In this document: positions 49,475 through 50,933 of the stretch, one piece after another
Position numbering within the stretch: position 1 is the first letter of the stretch
Layout: the number at the start of each line of letters is the position of its first letter
Source: Oopsacas minuta
Taxonomy: Eukaryota; Animalia; Porifera
Direction: 5' to 3'
NCBI GenBank assembly: GCA_024704765.1
Contig: JAKMXF010000048.1
Span: 1 to 50,933 of the forward strand
Length of the DNA stretch: 50,933 nt
The notes under the pieces: model-generated
Database searches by the model: none
Seen by the model: only the letters and a program-made list of their open reading frames with translations
What the model was told of the DNA's origin: nothing
Made by a program: the position numbers and the translations under genes

Positions 49475-49590
49475 TGGGAGAGATGGAGAGATGGAGAGAT
49501 GGAGAGACGGATAGACGGATGGAGTGATGGAGAAACGGATAGAGTGATGGAGAGACGGATGGAGTGATGGAGAGACGGATGGAGTGATGG
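49475..49590. repeat. GA-rich minisatellite ((gatggaga)n / gacggatggagtgatg variants)
   Basis: Directly visible tandem units. Confidence 0.85.
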
Positions 49591-49717
49591 ATCTTGTGAC
49601 TGAAATTATTTAATTTGTTTGCAGAAAATATTTGTTCCTATAATTCAATTTTTAAATAATTGCCGAATAACTATACTTAGATTTCGTCCCATTTTAATAA
49701 GCAATTTTCGTTTATAG

Positions 49718-50240
49718 CTGCCATCCTCACAGACAGAAAAGAAGTTGAAAAATGGCTAAAAACCTTTCCTAACTTAATAGTAACTGATATTAAAGAGAAT
49801 CCACATGCCCATCCAGGTGGTGCACTTTTCAATTTATTCAAAGAGAAGTATGAGAGCCTCGCGAAAAATAACAGAAAAACAGCTCTGGCGTTTCATGGAA
49901 TTCCTGAAGTTAATATTAACAGCATTTGTCAGAATGGTTATGATGCGTCTCTGAGATGTAAACAGGCTCACGGGCCTGGAGAGTATTTCTCTACCACTCC
50001 AGATTGTTCACTTTCTTATTGTAGAGGTAATGCATTAACTTTCTTGACATAGCTTGTATATTAAATTTTACTAATAGAGTACCTGCAGTAAACCTTAAAC
50101 ATGTTTTAGGTAGGGAGAAGATGATGGTTAATGAACTATTACTTGGTACTCCTGGGCAGCACCACACACAGAGTGGAAGTATAATCGTAATGAAGGATCC
50201 AGCTCACGATCTTCCAAGATTTGTGATTACTTTTCAATGA
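49718..50240 (+). CDS. 3' exons (49718-50026, 50110-50240) of a PARP-like/ARTD catalytic-domain gene
   Basis: tttatag acceptor; LAFHGI..N..SIC.NGYD..R..AHGPGEYFS..SY; 83-nt GT..AG phase-1 intron restores the frame (GREKMMVNELLLG..IIVMKDPAHDLPRFVITFQ-stop); 5' exons not identified. Confidence 0.75.
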
Positions 50241-50836
50241 ACAATTCATCTAGTGAGTGACTATGATATTATTCGGAATGAATTATCTAGTTTTGCATAC
50301 ATGTTACACGCTACTACATATATTGACTTTGTAATCAGCTGTGAGCACTATGATATCGCCTGATTCGTCCTTATTCTTCAGGTATATAGAATAGATGTAC
50401 AGGTTGTGTTTATATTATTCAACGGTTATTAGCAATTCATACTAACTGGTAATAACTATGCGTAGATTAGTAGTTTCGTTGTTGCTATATAAGAGAGCGA
50501 TTTCTCTAAATTATTATTTATACGTACGGCACTCTAATGTCAGAAGTATTACACCTTCCAGCTCTTTATCCGATTGTTTATTTATTTGCAGTGGTGGTGA
50601 CGAAATATTAACAGCAAATTTAGCTGTCTGCTGATGACAGCTTCGATTTCCGAAGCAATTATCAATAAACTTTCAGCTTTTAAGGCAAAATATTTAATTA
50701 ACAGCCTTCGAACCGATAATAACCAATTTGAATCTCAATCTAGGTAATACCATTTATAGATACAAGCAGTGACAGTTCCAAGGGGGACAAACTAGGCACT
50801 TGACCAGGATTTGAAAATCTTGGCCCCGGCACGGTC

Positions 50837-50933
50837 CCGGTGTAACAGCCTAGATTAGCCTCCCCACCCAGTTTAACCCCGGGTATAGTCTGGGCTAGCC
50901 TAGATTAACCCCCAGGTATAAACTGGGCTAGGC
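50837..50933 (-). repeat. Inverted copy of the taatctaggct tandem-unit repeat (continues past the window end)
   Basis: ccggtgtaacagcctagatt.. is the reverse complement of 44229-44255 with few mismatches. Confidence 0.8.

Noticed and set aside
1-50933. Prokaryotic defence system, CRISPR array, rRNA or tRNA genes
   Set aside because: No repeat-spacer array or recognisable structural RNA. A spliceosomal intron, eukaryote-specific genes and animal TE families indicate a eukaryotic genome.

Overview
AT-rich eukaryotic (animal) genomic scaffold. It has a GT-AG intron, eukaryotic gene fragments (eIF3a, Rpn10, Erv1, annexin) and several assembly joins. The expanded NHL-propeller families resemble a glass sponge (Oopsacas-like); that taxonomic guess is inference only. 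The window is a transposon-dense, birth-and-death gene cluster. (1) An apparently intact 3.1-kb RAG1-like/Transib element (13167-16278) has perfect CACAGTG termini and asymmetric spacing of a second conserved TIR block; a second, diverged RAG1-like remnant lies at about 36.9-37.5 kb. (2) Five copies of an NHL-only beta-propeller gene (family A) share a nearly invariant ~190-bp 5' block but vary strongly at propeller loop positions. (3) Coiled-coil+NHL genes occur as family B (three copies plus a fragment) and one further frameshifted gene. (4) Host-gene fragments (eIF3a x2, Rpn10/PSMD4, Erv1/GFER) sit next to or are fused with NHL copies. (5) There is an ankyrin + R-S-E ADP-ribosyltransferase gene, the 3' exons of a PARP-like gene and an 8-repeat annexin-like ORF. 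(6) Many decayed DNA transposons are present (hAT, MULE, NOF-like, Chapaev3-like, Ginger/KRBA2-like), along with two hAT MITEs with perfect 8-bp TSDs and several perfect hairpins. A Nextera adapter remnant at 42073-42091 flags local misassembly. All family assignments come from motif recognition by eye; no database search or alignment program was run.
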